A stretch of 64,000 bases of DNA from the human T2T-CHM13v2.0 reference genome, Homo sapiens. The stretch lies in the NCBI RefSeq assembly GCF_009914755.1, contig NC_060948.1; one strand, written 5' to 3'. Position 1 is the stretch's first letter. Each line of letters starts with the position of its first letter. Made by a program: the position numbers and the translations under genes. The notes under the pieces are model-generated. The model saw only the letters and a list, made by a program, of their open reading frames with translations. It searched no databases and was not told where the DNA came from. Below are positions 38,401 to 51,328 of this stretch, one piece after another.

Positions 38401-39305
38401 AGGCCTCCTTGAGCTGCTGTGGGCTCCAACAAGTTCAAGCTTCCTGGCCACTTCGTTTACCTACTCAAGCTTCAGCAATGGCGGACACTCCTCCCCCAGA
38501 CTCACTGCTACCTTGCTGTTTGATCTCAGACTGCTGTGCTAGCAATGACTAGGCTCTGTGGGCTTGGGACCCTCCAAGCCAGGCATGGTATATAATCTCC
38601 TGGTGTGCCATTTGCTAAGACCATTGGAAAAGCACAGTATTAGGGTGGGAGTGAACCGATTTTCCAGGTGCCATCTGTCACCCCTTCTCTTGGCTGAGAA
38701 AGGGAGTTCCCTGACCCCTTGCACTTCCTGGGTAAGGCAATGCCTTGCCTTGCTTTGGCTCACGCTTGGTGGGCTGTACCCACTGTCCTGCCCCACTGTC
38801 TGACAAGCCCCAGTGAGATGAACCCAGTACCTCAGTTGGAAATACAGAAATCACCCATCTTCTGCATTGCTCATGCTGGTTGCTGTAGACTGGAGCTGTT
38901 CCTATTCAGCTATCTTGGAACCGCCTCCCCTGAAATTCTTATACCAACCTCTGGAGTTGAGTGATATGGCTTCTTCCCTTTCTAGGTCCTATGACAGCTG
39001 TCTTGGTATTACTTGCCTTAGGGACCTCTATTTTTAACCTCATTGTCAAATTTGTTTCTTCTAGGATTGATGCCGTCCATCTACAAGATGGTCTTACAAA
39101 TGGAACCCCAAATGAGTTCAATTCATAACTTCTACGAAGGACCCCTGGACTGACCTGCTGGCTCTTTGAGTGGCCTAGGGAGTTCCCCTCTGGAGGATGC
39201 TACAACTGCAGGGACCCTTTTTCACCCTTGTCCAGCAGGAAGTAGTTACAGCTCTCATCACCCAGTCCCCAACAGCAGTTGTGGTGTCCTATGAAGAGGG
39301 GGTAT
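32449..39305 (+). pseudogene. HERV9-like env TM remnant split by an L1 (32449-32804 and 38931-39305)
   Basis: Translates QLIPLLIGLGIATAT (fusion peptide), a decayed LQ..GLD..TAEKGGLC..EEC immunosuppressive region, and after the L1 WLLPFLGP...IFNLIVKFVSSRI; polypurine tract at about 39293-39302. Confidence 0.85.
32805..38930 (-). mobile_element. Full-length L1 (L1PA4/5-like), inactivated, inserted in HERV9 env
   Basis: ORF1 ATG 37903, ORF2 ATG 36823, many fragments; degenerate TSD tcaaactctt (32795-32804) / tgaaattctt (38931-38940). Confidence 0.95.
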
Positions 39306-39824
39306 TGAGAGAAGAGGCCAGCTGGACTTCCTGGGTCGACTGGGGACTTGGGGAAATTTTCTGTTTTACAAGAGGATTGTAAAATACACCATTTAGGAGC
39401 TTTCCTGTCTTTCAGGAGGATTGCAAAATGCACCAATCAGCACTCTGTAAAATGCACTAATCAGCACGCTGTAAAAGTCACCAATCAGCGCTCTGTAAAA
39501 TACACCAATCAGCAGGATTCTAAAAGTAGCCAATTGTGGGGAGGATCAAAAAAAGGGCACTCTGATAGGATGGAAATGGAATATGGGAAGGGCCAGTAAG
39601 GGAATAATAGATGAGCACCCCAGCCATCAGTGACAACCCACTAGGGTCCCCTTTCATGCTATGGAAGCTTTGTCCTTTTGCTCTTCACAATAAACCTTGC
39701 TACTGCTCACTCTTTGGGTCCGTGCCATCTCTAAGAACTGTAACACTCACCTCAAAGGTCTGCGGCTCCATTCTTGAAGTCAGGGAGACCACGAACCCAC
39801 CAGCAGAAACCAACTCCAGACACA
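39306..39824 (+). mobile_element. LTR12-family (HERV9) 3' LTR, LTR12F-like
   Basis: tgagag...gccagctggacttcctgggtcga start, tandem caccaatcagc repeats, aataaa, ends aactccagacaca. Confidence 0.85.
39428..39540 (+). promoter_or_regulatory. Tandem CCAAT (NF-Y) boxes in the LTR12 U3 region
   Basis: About four 24-bp units of tgtaaaatgcaccaatcagcactc; NF-Y dependence of LTR12 promoters is established. Confidence 0.7.
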
Positions 39825-40866
39825 CTGTCATCCCTTAATCTCCCATTTTCCTTGGAGTGACATCATTCACTGTTTTCCCTGGACATCTCCCTGTCATATC
39901 ATCATCATTTTTTTTTTTTTAACCTAGATTGACTCAGTCACCTTTTACTGTGTTCCCTGAAGTGATTTTTTGGTCAACTGTTTTCCTTGAACTTATTTGG
40001 TCATGGACTCTTTTGCCTAGACTGACTGCGTCATAGACTGTTTTCCCTGGCATGATTCAGCACTCAACTGTTTACCCTGGACAGATTGCTCATCAACTCT
40101 TTTTCCTGGATTAACTCAGCATTGACTGAGTTCCCTGAATTGACTCGGTACTCAGTTCCTTTTCCTGGTTTGACTATGTACTCATTTCCCTAGACTGACT
40201 CAGTGCTCAACTCATTTCCCTGGACTGACTCAGCAGGTCCTCAACTGTGTGCCCTGGACTGTGTGGTACTGGACTACTTCTTGGATTGAGTCAGTCATGG
40301 ACTGTGTTTTCCAGACCATGGGCATCTTTGGCTGTCATCCACCCTCATCAACTGTTTTCCTTGGAGTGACTATGTCTTTCACTATTTTCCACAGTGGGGG
40401 CATCTTCATGCCATCCTGTTATCAGTGCTTTCCGTAGACTGGTTCTGGATCTCTGGAAATGTTTTACTGATCTCTGGAATGACTCACGAGCACTAATGTC
40501 ACTGGTGTGATGTGGTCACTGCTTTTTTTTTTCTTTTTTTTTTTTTTAAAATGAACTGAGGAGACCATATGCTGCCACTTAATCAGCTATTTACCTTGTT
40601 GTGACCTTGTCAGAGGTTGTGTTCCCTGGGATGAAGTCATCAACCTGTGTTTTCCTCATTGGTGTTTTCCCTGGAGTGACCTGGTCATCTAATTTTTCCC
40701 TGAACTGATGAAGTAATAGGCTCTTTTTCCTGGAATCACTTAGTCATCAACTGTTTTCCCTGGACTGACTCAGCTGTTGATTATGTTACCTAGGGTGACT
40801 CAGTCATTGATTGTTTTTCCGGAACTACTCCCTTTCACCACCTCAGTCATCTTAGAAGGCAGATTG
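39825..40866. repeat. Degenerate 30-bp tandem repeat, consensus about actgttttccctggactgactcagtcatca
   Basis: Units in register at 39977, 40007, 40037, 40067, 40096, 40125 and again at about 40660-40820; roughly 20-25 recognisable copies. Confidence 0.9.
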
Positions 40867-41091
40867 CTGGAAATAAAAACATATTTTTCTCTTCATAAAT
40901 ATATACACAAAAATGTATTTACACATATCCATATACACATGTTTATCTAAGCCTCCTTCTGGAAGATTTTGGTTTCAGACTATCTAAGGATGCATAACAA
41001 TGTCTCCCAAAGCTCACATGTGGCAAAACTTTTCATTTTTCCCCCAATATGATAGGGGAGGAATGGTGTCTGTGTTTCTTGTTATGCTCGA

Positions 41092-41427
41092 TTTTTTGTT
41101 TGTTTGTTTTGTTTGTGTGTGTGTGTGTGTGTGTGTTTGTTTTTTTCTTGAGATGGAGTCTCCTGTCATGCAGGCTGGAGTGCAGTGGTGTGGTCTTGGC
41201 TCATTGCAACCTCTGCCCCCTGGGTTCAAGCATTCTCCAGCCTCAGCCTCTGAAGTAGCTGGGATTAACTGCATGGGCCACCATGCCCAGCTAATTTTTG
41301 AATTTTTCATAGAGACAGGGTTTCTCCATGTTGGTCTGGCTGGTCTTGAACTCTTGACCTCAGGTGATCCACCTTCCTTGGCCTCCCCAAGTTCTGGGAT
41401 TACTGGCATGAGCCACTGTGCCAGGCC
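41092..41427 (-). mobile_element. AluS with (TG)n in tail
   Basis: Alu consensus motifs. Confidence 0.93.
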
Positions 41428-41559
41428 ATTGTGTTCATTTTTACAATCTTTTTGTGTTTTTTTTGGACTTGTTCTTCTTGAAGGTTTTGAAGAGTTTTCC
41501 TTCTATTTTCAGTGTTTTTTAATGCATGAACATTAGCCCGTCTATCTATGAGGCTACTT

Positions 41560-41893
41560 ATACAATTCTGTGCTGAGAACACTTACTGAGGAATGCATCC
41601 TTAAGTCATTTGGTCCTTGTGAAATCATCCTAGAGTGCACAAACCCACGCCCACAAGGCCCAGCTCACAGTGCACCTGGGCTGTATTGTGTAGCCTGTTG
41701 TTCCTGGCTACCCTGTCATCACCCTGAATACTCTAGGAAACTGTTTCACATGTTACACATGATATTTGTATACCTAAACATATCCACAACTAGGTAAGTT
41801 GTGCTATAAATATGATATTATAATCTCATGGGACCACCATCAAATATGTGCTCTGTCATTGACTGAAATATTCTTATGTGGAGCAACTCTGTA
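41560..41893 (+). mobile_element. MER7A/Tigger3a-like DNA transposon fossil
   Basis: tattataatctcatgggaccaccatcaaatatgtgctctgtcattgactgaaat terminus. Confidence 0.7.
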
Positions 41894-41956
41894 TTTCTCA
41901 TAACTTTTTAATAGCATTTTTTGCCTAGCAAATTTTTAGAAAATTATATATTAAAG

Positions 41957-42235
<279 letters not shown>

Positions 42236-42239
42236 TATA

Positions 42240-42796
42240 TTCAAGGTTTATATATACTTGATTGCATTTGGATTTTGTGTGGTAATTAGCAGCCTTTTCC
42301 CCACACTGAGATTATAGAAGAATTATTTCATTTTTCTTCTAATACTTACATGGCTGTATGTATGCTTTTATTCATACACCTAAGCATGTATGTGCATGTA
42401 TCTTTAGATACTTCATTTAGAGTTTATTGCTGTGTACAAATGAAGTATGGATCTAAATTTATCATTTTCCATGTTGTCCCAATATTTATTTTAAAATCCA
42501 TTATTCCAGACACTGTTGTGCACCTGTAGTCCCAGCTGCTTAGGAGGCTGAGGCAGCAGAATGGCTTGAGCCCAGGAGTTCAAGACCCATTTAAGCAACA
42601 TATTTAGACCCCATTTCTAAATTTAAAAAAATAAAATAAAGTAGCCAGATGTAGTGGCACATGTCTGTAGTCTCAAATACTTGAGAGGCTGAGAGACAGG
42701 AGGATTACTTGAGTCTGGAAACCAACGCTTCAGTGAGCCGTGATGGAGCCACTGCACTCCAGCCTGGGAAAAACCATGAGATCCTGTCTCAAAAAA

Positions 42797-42835
<39 letters not shown>

Positions 42836-43690
42836 ATCCATTATTGCCCAATAGTTTGAGATACCACCTTAAGTATATACTAAACTTCCTTCTGTACTTC
42901 TACCTGCTTCCAGATGTTCTTTTATATTCCTCTAGTCTTTTTGTGTGTATGAGTGTTTTCATGCATCTGTAACATATTATTTTCATTATAGATGGTTAAT
43001 AATGTCTTTAAAATATGAACGGGCTTGACCCTACTAAGGATTTTTCTGGCTATTCTTGCCTTCTGGTTATGCCACATGAGCTTAAATGTCAACCAGTCTT
43101 AAGACAATTTGTAATTTTCAAAAACTTTGATAACATTAATTTTGTAAATTTATCCAAGTAGAATTTACCTCTTTATATTTTTGAGCCATCATATTCTATG
43201 ATGTTTTTCCTTTTTTCAAACTGCTTTTATTTCTTCCAGAAGACTTTAAAGGTTTTTAAAATTATAGAGTTTTCACAGTTCTTATTATGTCTCTTCCTAA
43301 GTAGTACATGATCTTCTTTGGTGCAATTCTACATGAACTTTTCTCTAATATTAAATACTCTATAAGTTTTTTTTTCAGGTGTATGTTGATGACTTATATA
43401 TGCTGCATATCTTGCTAATTTTACTAAATTATTTTATTTTGTGAAATAATTTGAACATTAATTCTTTAAAGCTTTCCAGATATCATCTGAAAAATAATAG
43501 CAATTAATTTTTTTCTAGACCTTCTGCCTCTAATTGGTTTATTTTATTTCCTTGTTTAGAAAACACCTTCAGCGTAATGTTGAATGGCAGTGGAGATATG
43601 TTACATTCTTGCTTGTATTTCTAGCATGAATCCCACTTGGTCATGGCATTTTTTTTTTCAGTGAAGTCTTGGAGTCTGACAATATTTTAT
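42240..43690 (-). mobile_element. Decayed L1M fragments hosting Alus
   Basis: T-rich sequence with residual antisense ORF2 words (gtatggatctaaatttatcattttcca; aatgttgaatggcagtgg). Confidence 0.6.
42506..42833 (+). mobile_element. AluJ-type dimer with (TAAA)n tail and TSD
   Basis: TSD aaatccattatt at 42494-42505 and 42834-42845. Confidence 0.85.
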
Positions 43691-43691
43691 T

Positions 43692-44003
43692 GGCCATGTG
43701 TGGTTGTTCAGGCCTGTAATTTCAGCATTTTGGGAGGCTGAGGTGAGTGAATCACCTGAGGTCAGGAGTTCAAGACCAGCCTGGCCAACATGATGAAACT
43801 CCTTCTCTACAAAAAATACAAAAATTAGCTGGGTGAGGTGGCAGGCACCTGTAATCCCATCTACTTGGGAGGCTGAGGCACAGAAATCACTTGAATGCAG
43901 GAGGCAGAGTTTGCAGTCAGCCAAGATTGTGACACTGCACTGCAGCCTGGGTGACAGAGGGAGACTCTGACTTGAAAAAGGAAAAAAAAAAAACGTGAAA
44001 AAA
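43692..44003 (+). mobile_element. AluS
   Basis: Alu consensus motifs and A tail. Confidence 0.93.
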
Positions 44004-45369
44004 GAAACTATTTTATTTAGTACTTAAGCATCAGTATTTATAACTGATATTGATCTGGAATATTCTCTCATTATTCACCCACATACATTTTGAGTTAGCA
44101 TTTAAGTTTAATATTATGAATTTTAAATGTTTGAAAACAATACAGTTTTCAGTTGTGTATAAGTTTGACATATTAAAAATTCTTAAATCATTCATATAAA
44201 TGTACCTGTGTTTTCATGTCATACTGACTTTAAAGCTATTATACCTTTAATAGTATATGATAGAATTTTTCTTCAGGAATTAAGAATTTTACATTCTTGT
44301 TCCCTCCTCCCTGAATTATTAGTTATATTTCATACGTGTCAAAGATTTTTAGCCTTAATGTAATAGATTTTTTGAAACTATATTAATTATAATAATATTG
44401 TTTACTATATTCATGATATGTAGAAATTAAAATTAACTTTTTGATTATGAAAATAGTAGCATCATTTTTAACATTTTTATGTTAACATTTTTATTGTTTT
44501 CATTTTATTTCCATTAATTATAATTTATCAAAAATATGTCACATATTTATAAGTAATAAATATGTCTTGAAACATAATATTTTATAGGGGACAATTAAGA
44601 GCAAAAACAATAGCAAGAAACTGTATGTAAATCTTTAAACATCCAGTTGTGCACAAATTATTTGTGTGACTACAGAACTCAGTGGCACTGTCCCAGCCAG
44701 CCACAGACTCACAGCTTCCACCATTGTTATTTAATCTGGAGTAAAATCAATATTCACAGATGGCAAATCACCATCAGGAATGGAAAGGCTATAGAAACTT
44801 TTTCTAAAACTTAACACATTAGGAACTCACACTTGCCTGGGACATTATTTAAGCTCTGAAGAACATGCTTATCACACAGACATTCCATTCATATGAGATT
44901 TTAAAAATGTAATTGCATCATAGAGGGATTTTATTGACTCTTAGGAATAACTATACATATAAACAAAGTACACTTCACAAATACAAAAATGTAGCTCATT
45001 AGAATGGAATTTAAATAATGGAATTATTCCAATCACTAGACGATTATTAAATTAAACATACTTACTGCAAATATATTACTATCAGAGAAAAGGGACTGCA
45101 AGGCAGATCTCATTAATAGGGGCAGAGAGGCACTACATAACACATAAAAAGACATTTTATTCATCAGGAAATTATAAAAAGATTCTTAACTTGTATGTAA
45201 ATTTAAATGTTTTTCAAAAGAAATAAATTACAAGAACAAGAAGATATTTTACAAATTCACAACTCAAAGGACATGGAGTCAAAACATTAAATAATGCAAG
45301 AAGGAAAGAGGCAATATAAATGAAGTTTTGTTATACTATTGAAAATAAAAAATTCTGTTTTAAAAAATG

Positions 45370-45810
45370 TATGCCCTGGTGGGATGTACTGAGGACACAA
45401 CATCACATGCATAACTTAAAACTAATCATGAGAATTCTTAAGTCAACGCAAACTGAAAGACATTCTACAAAATACCTAACCACTACTCACCAAAAGTATC
45501 AAGGACATGAATGACAAAGAAATAAATCAGAGTAAAATAAGGAAACACAAATTGTAGGGGAATAAAGATATACAAAAATAAAATGCAATAAGGGATTAGA
45601 TCCTAGAAATTAAGAAACCATTAGGGGAAAACTAGTGAAATGTTAAAGTCTGTGGTTTAATTAATAGTGTCCATTGTCAAAAATCAGGACATTATTGTTA
45701 GTGTCGTGATTTTCACAATTATTCTATGGTTATATAATTTGTTACTATTCAGGGAAGTTAGATGAGGAGTATATGTGAACTTTCTGTAGTTTCAAACTTT
45801 TTCAAAATGC
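45370..45810 (+). mobile_element. L1MC-type 3' end fragment
   Basis: gacattctacaaaatacctaacc...gaggagtatatgtgaactttctgta. Confidence 0.6.
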
Positions 45811-46957
45811 AGTATTTTTAAAAGATATTGATGATTTTAATATAAAAATGAATATATTTGCTATGGCAAATCTTGACACTGTAAAGTTGCAAGAATCATA
45901 AAGATAACATTCTCTACCACAATAAAATAAAATTTGAAATCAAATGAAAATATAATTAAAATACCTTATTTTTCAAAATTAAAATATAATGATAAATATT
46001 TATGGATAAAAAGGAATAAGTAATGAGAATGAGAAAATAATTAGGACTAAGTAAATGTATTGCATATGAAAATTAGTAAATTTAAATAAAACAAAATTAG
46101 AGGGAAATTTATAGACAAAAATGGTTATGTTAGAAAAAGAAAAGCAAAGGAAAGAAAGAAAGGAAAGAAGGAAAGAAAAGCAAAACTTAATGAAATAACA
46201 ATCCCACTTAAGAGTATAGAAAATGAACAGTAAAATCATGAAGGTAAGATTAGAAACTAAGGGAATATGAAAACCCTCTCCATTCTCTCAGAGACCTCAC
46301 AGGAAATGGGAGACCAATGTACAATCAAATTACTTCACTAATTGGTGATTTGTACCACCTCTGATGTCTACATACATGAAGGATGTGAATAGTCCCAACT
46401 TTTAACTCAGAGTCGTGTAATGTGAGGTGTTTGTGTGGTCATGTAATCAGTCCATGGGAACTCCAGGAACCACCTTTTTTTTTTTTTTCTTTTTTGACAT
46501 GTAGGTCATCAAAACATGAATTAGAACACTTTTGGCTTCAAGAGGTAGACATCAATTTTTGCTATCTGAAGACCCAAGTGGAAACTTATTGGAAAGATTA
46601 TTAGGCTTCTCATTAGAAACTGAAAAAGTTGAAGGAAAAGAAAACCAAACACAAACAACCAAGGGTCTCAGGAACAAGGACAACTCTGAGACCTCACCTG
46701 AAGAAGATTGAGCACCTCCTAAAAATTAGCCACAAACAAAACTCAGCTTCTAAAAATCCCAGCCTTGGGATCTCAATCCCAAAAGTCTATTTCCTGAATG
46801 CATGTGACAGTGGTCCAACCTGAATGACCTCTGCAGCCTTGGGTCTATCGGCTATAGCCAAGAGACCAAGTGCTCATGCAATTCGAGTGTAGCCACTTGG
46901 CCAACCTTTCTAAGAAGCCATGTCCAGAGAAGAGGAAAGGAGGAGCCGAAACCCAGT

Positions 46958-48013
46958 GACCCTGAATATTGTTTCTGCCAGTTTCAGATGCCAACAGCAA
47001 CATGCTCATCAGAGTGCTCATTGACATTTACGAGAAAGGCACTTGTATGTCTTCCAGTCAGCTGTAGAAATTAAAGCATTCATGTAAGCCGTAGAGAATT
47101 GGAAATGTGAGAACTTCTTAATGTAAACTAAAGAGGGTGATAAGGAAGAGATATTTACAGTCAATCCACCCCCTGCTTTCATACTATTACTGCTTCTAAA
47201 ATATTATATATGAGCAATGGTAAGAGAGAAAATGAGGAAACACAAAGAAGCTTGGAGATATTTGCTATGAAGGATGATTCAGTAATTGTCATCAAGTAAG
47301 TGAGGGTCTACTGTGAGGAGAAGGCTGGCCAACTTAATCTTCTTAGAACAAGAATAAATGGATTTAAATAACAACAAGGGAAGATTAGGTTAGAAATTTT
47401 AAAAGATGTCTTGGCAATAAAAGTTATTAAGCATTAACCAAGGATTCTTGGTCATAAAAGGTGGGAATACTTCATTTTAAAAATCACTTAAGTCATCATT
47501 TTTTATATAAAATTGATTGTTGTCAGAAGGTATTTAGATGGAAAAGAATCACCAAGGGAAACAAACCATTTTTATAGTTATGTTTGAGAGCTTGGGAATT
47601 AGGCAATCTCATAGTGTCCAAAGAATGATAAACAATGATAAGATCAGTTTTAAGTCAGCTGTTTTTTTAAATAGAGTTGAAAGATAATGAAGTTCACTAA
47701 AGTCTGTCACTTTATGTCTTGGAATTTATGTCATGGGTCTGCTCCTAGATAAGAAAACACTCTTAATGAAGTGCCTTGGGTTGTTGAAATCACTTGGAGG
47801 AATTTCAAGTCAGATATGCTTACCTATTTACTGGAGGACCCTGAATATTGTTTCTTCCAGTTTCAAATATCAACAGAAACATGGTCATCAGAGCGCTCAT
47901 TAACATTTACTAGAAAGGCATTTGTATTTCTTCCAATCAGCTGTAGAAATTTAAGCATGCATGCAAGCTTTAGAAAACAGGAGATATGAGAAGTTCTTAA
48001 TGGAAACTAAAGA
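46958..48013. repeat. Direct duplication of about 177 bp (46958-47134 and 47837-48013)
   Basis: Ungapped manual alignment, about 24 mismatches (~86% identity). Confidence 0.92.
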
Positions 48014-48197
48014 AAAATAAAAACAAATGAAGTATTATCATGTACTGGCAACATGTTAGTAATGACAGATATAAAAATGCTTGTACTTAAGTATTCAATT
48101 TTTTTCAGTTTATCGTCATCAAACTCCTTTTATGAAAGCATTAGGTATTGATTTTTTAAAACCCTATCACTCATAACTTTTATGGTCATCAATTGTT

Positions 48198-48278
48198 AAT
48201 TTTACTTAAGTAAACTTAAGTAAACTTAATAAATTTTACTTAAGTAAACTTAAGTAAACTTAATAAATTTTACTTAAG
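48198..48278. repeat. 34-bp perfect tandem repeat, 2.4 copies
   Basis: Unit aattttacttaagtaaacttaagtaaacttaata. Confidence 0.92.
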
Positions 48279-48819
48279 CAAATAAGAAAAATTCATTTTC
48301 AAAGGGGATACTCTATGGAATACCATCTTTTATTGGTTATTGGAGTAATATAGGTTAAAATAGAGTGAAAGATGTTGATAAGGCAGCATTGGTGTTGTCA
48401 GAATAAATTCATCTGTTTCCAAACTGTGTTCTTTACATAGAGATCTCTACATGGCAATATTTTAAAATAATGCTTCCCAATTAAGCACAGTACAATGGTA
48501 CATGTTCATTACTTTTTGTGTCTTTGTGTTGCTGATATTATTATTGCTAGGAAAATGGGAAAAGTTATTTTGTATTATATCATTAGAACCAAGTAAAACA
48601 AAGTGTATGTACAATGGAGTAATTGGGGACTAGTGAAAAGTTACTATGTGGAATAAAACACACACACACACCACGCACACATATACACACACACACACAC
48701 AATCCATTCTCTCTTTCAGTGGAACCATCTATTTTCCATTGACTGTCACCCATGTACAAGGAGCTTTCCAAGTCGCAACTACAAACAAACACACAATTAA
48801 AATGAAATATACATTAAAA

Positions 48820-49750
48820 AAATAAAAAACATATAAAAAGAGATAACTGATGTTGGCAAGGACGTGAAGAAAAGGAAACCCTTGTATGCCACTGGCAGGA
48901 ATGTAAATTAGCACAGACATTATGGAGAACAGTGTGGATATTTCTAAAAAATATTAAAAATAGAAATACTAATCTGACATTAGAGCAGTAATCCCACTTC
49001 TGGGTATACATCCAAAGGAAAGGAAATCAGATTCATATACAGACCTCTATATGGCAATGCCTTTTCAATAATACTCCCCAATTTAATAGAGTACAAAAGC
49101 ACATGTTCATTATGTTTTAAGTTTTGTTGCTACTACAATTGTTGCTAGAGAAGTGGGGTAAGAGATAGCTGCACTTCCATGTTCATTGCAATATTATTCA
49201 CAATAGCTTAGATGTGAAAACACAAGTGTCTATCAATGGATGAATAGACTTTTAAAATGTGGCATATACACACAATGCAATACTCTTCAACCTTAAAAAA
49301 AGAAGGGAATTCTGTCACTTGCAGCAATATGTATAATCCTAGAGGATATTCTGTTGAGTGGAATAAACCAGAAACAGGACAAATACTGCATGTTCTCATC
49401 TGTATGTGAACTCATTAAAGCAAGAGTAGAATTGTGGTTACCAGGGCCTGGAGATGAGGAGGAGTTGAAGAGATGCTGGTCAAATAATACAAAATTTCAG
49501 TTAGACAACAGGAACAAGTTCAAGAGATCTATTGTAGTCGGGCTGACTGTAGTTAATAACACTGTATTGTCTGCTGGAAAACTGCTAAATAGATTTTAGG
49601 TGTTCTCTTTATTTTAAAAAGTGATGTGTATGTGAGGTAATGGATATGTTAATTAGCTTGATTTAGCCATTCCACAATGTCTATACATATATTGAAACAT
49701 CATAATGGATACCATAAATTCATGCAATTTTTATTTGTTAATTTAAAGGA
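48820..49750 (+). mobile_element. L1MA-type 3' end with a foreign insert at about 49031-49160
   Basis: gttggcaaggacgtgaagaaaaggaaaccc...aattagcttgatttagccattccacaatgt. Confidence 0.85.
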
Positions 49751-50839
49751 ATAAGTAATGGATAAGTAGAGGAAGTTCAGTTTGATGTTAAAAATCCAGA
49801 CCTGTAGCCTGGCTTTGTAGTATACTGGCCCAATTTGAGTGTGTTATTTGTTTCCTAACAGGCTAAACTGTGGTATTTACTATGTTCTCTAAATATCTAT
49901 ACTCACAAAATGGTTTTTCCCAATCTACATTGAAGGTCATGCCATATATTGAATGTCTCCTGCTGGACTCTGCAGGAAATTGAGTCTGGGAGGCAGATTT
50001 TTTCTTATTCTCTCAATTTCCAAGCCACTGTTTTTGGTGCCATAATTGCCAATGTTCACTTGTTTCCTATCTGTAAATCTCATCTTACCAAGAACTTCAG
50101 CTGAAGACCCAGGGGAGATCCTGAACTTTGGCTGTGTAGCACTCACAGTGCAGGGTTAGAAGAATGAGTGATATCCTTGCACCGTTCCAGCTAGCTGACT
50201 CATGGAGGCTAAGAGATGCTGTGAACATCTTCCCCAAGTCTGGAGACAGCTAGATGCACATAGGAAAGCAGAATCCCAGTGGGTTTTGTGAGGTTTCTTG
50301 ATGAAGTACCTTAGCACAGCCAACTTTTAGGAGCTGTGGTCCAAAGAAGTTTCGTTGAAACTCAGAACATGGATCACCTTTGCTTGGTTCATAGAATCAG
50401 AACAATTAATATTGCAGCCCAGATTAAGTTTTCAGCCCACTATTTTCTCAACAAATATGTGACACCTGAAGTTAGATGACACAGTTGCTGCTCCATGGAT
50501 CAAAGTAGATATGTATATCTACATATAGATAATATGTATTTGTGTGTGTGTTTTAAGCAACAATGCAGAGGCTTCAATCAATACTTCCTCATACAAAATG
50601 CAGGATCAAAGTGATATCATCATTCTACTTCATTTAATAGAATTGTGTAGTTAAATGGACAGTACACTGGGTCTCAATTAATCAAATGCATTTCTTAGCC
50701 AGGTGTTAATTTGAAAGTTACTAGGTGGCAGTTTTAGCACTTGTTCCATGTTTTCATGTGGTTCGCTGAATCCTGAAGGTCTTAATTTTCCATTGAGGAC
50801 ACAATGTGTTTGTTTTAACTTCCCTGAATGAAGCCGTTA

Positions 50840-51328
<489 letters not shown>

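Noticed and set aside
32449-39305. Functional syncytin-like env
   Set aside because: SU is deleted and TM is frameshifted and split by a 6-kb L1
39825-40866. CRISPR-like array
   Set aside because: Units are head-to-tail and degenerate with no unique spacers, no cas genes, and the context is primate DNA
41000-41536. 178-aa ORF as a gene
   Set aside because: Read-through of a (TG)n tail and an antisense Alu
47824-47906. Signal-peptide first exon MLMSALMTMFLLIFETG
   Set aside because: Only one of three possible frames of exon C, with a short hydrophobic core, and it is not the frame kept open by exons A-B
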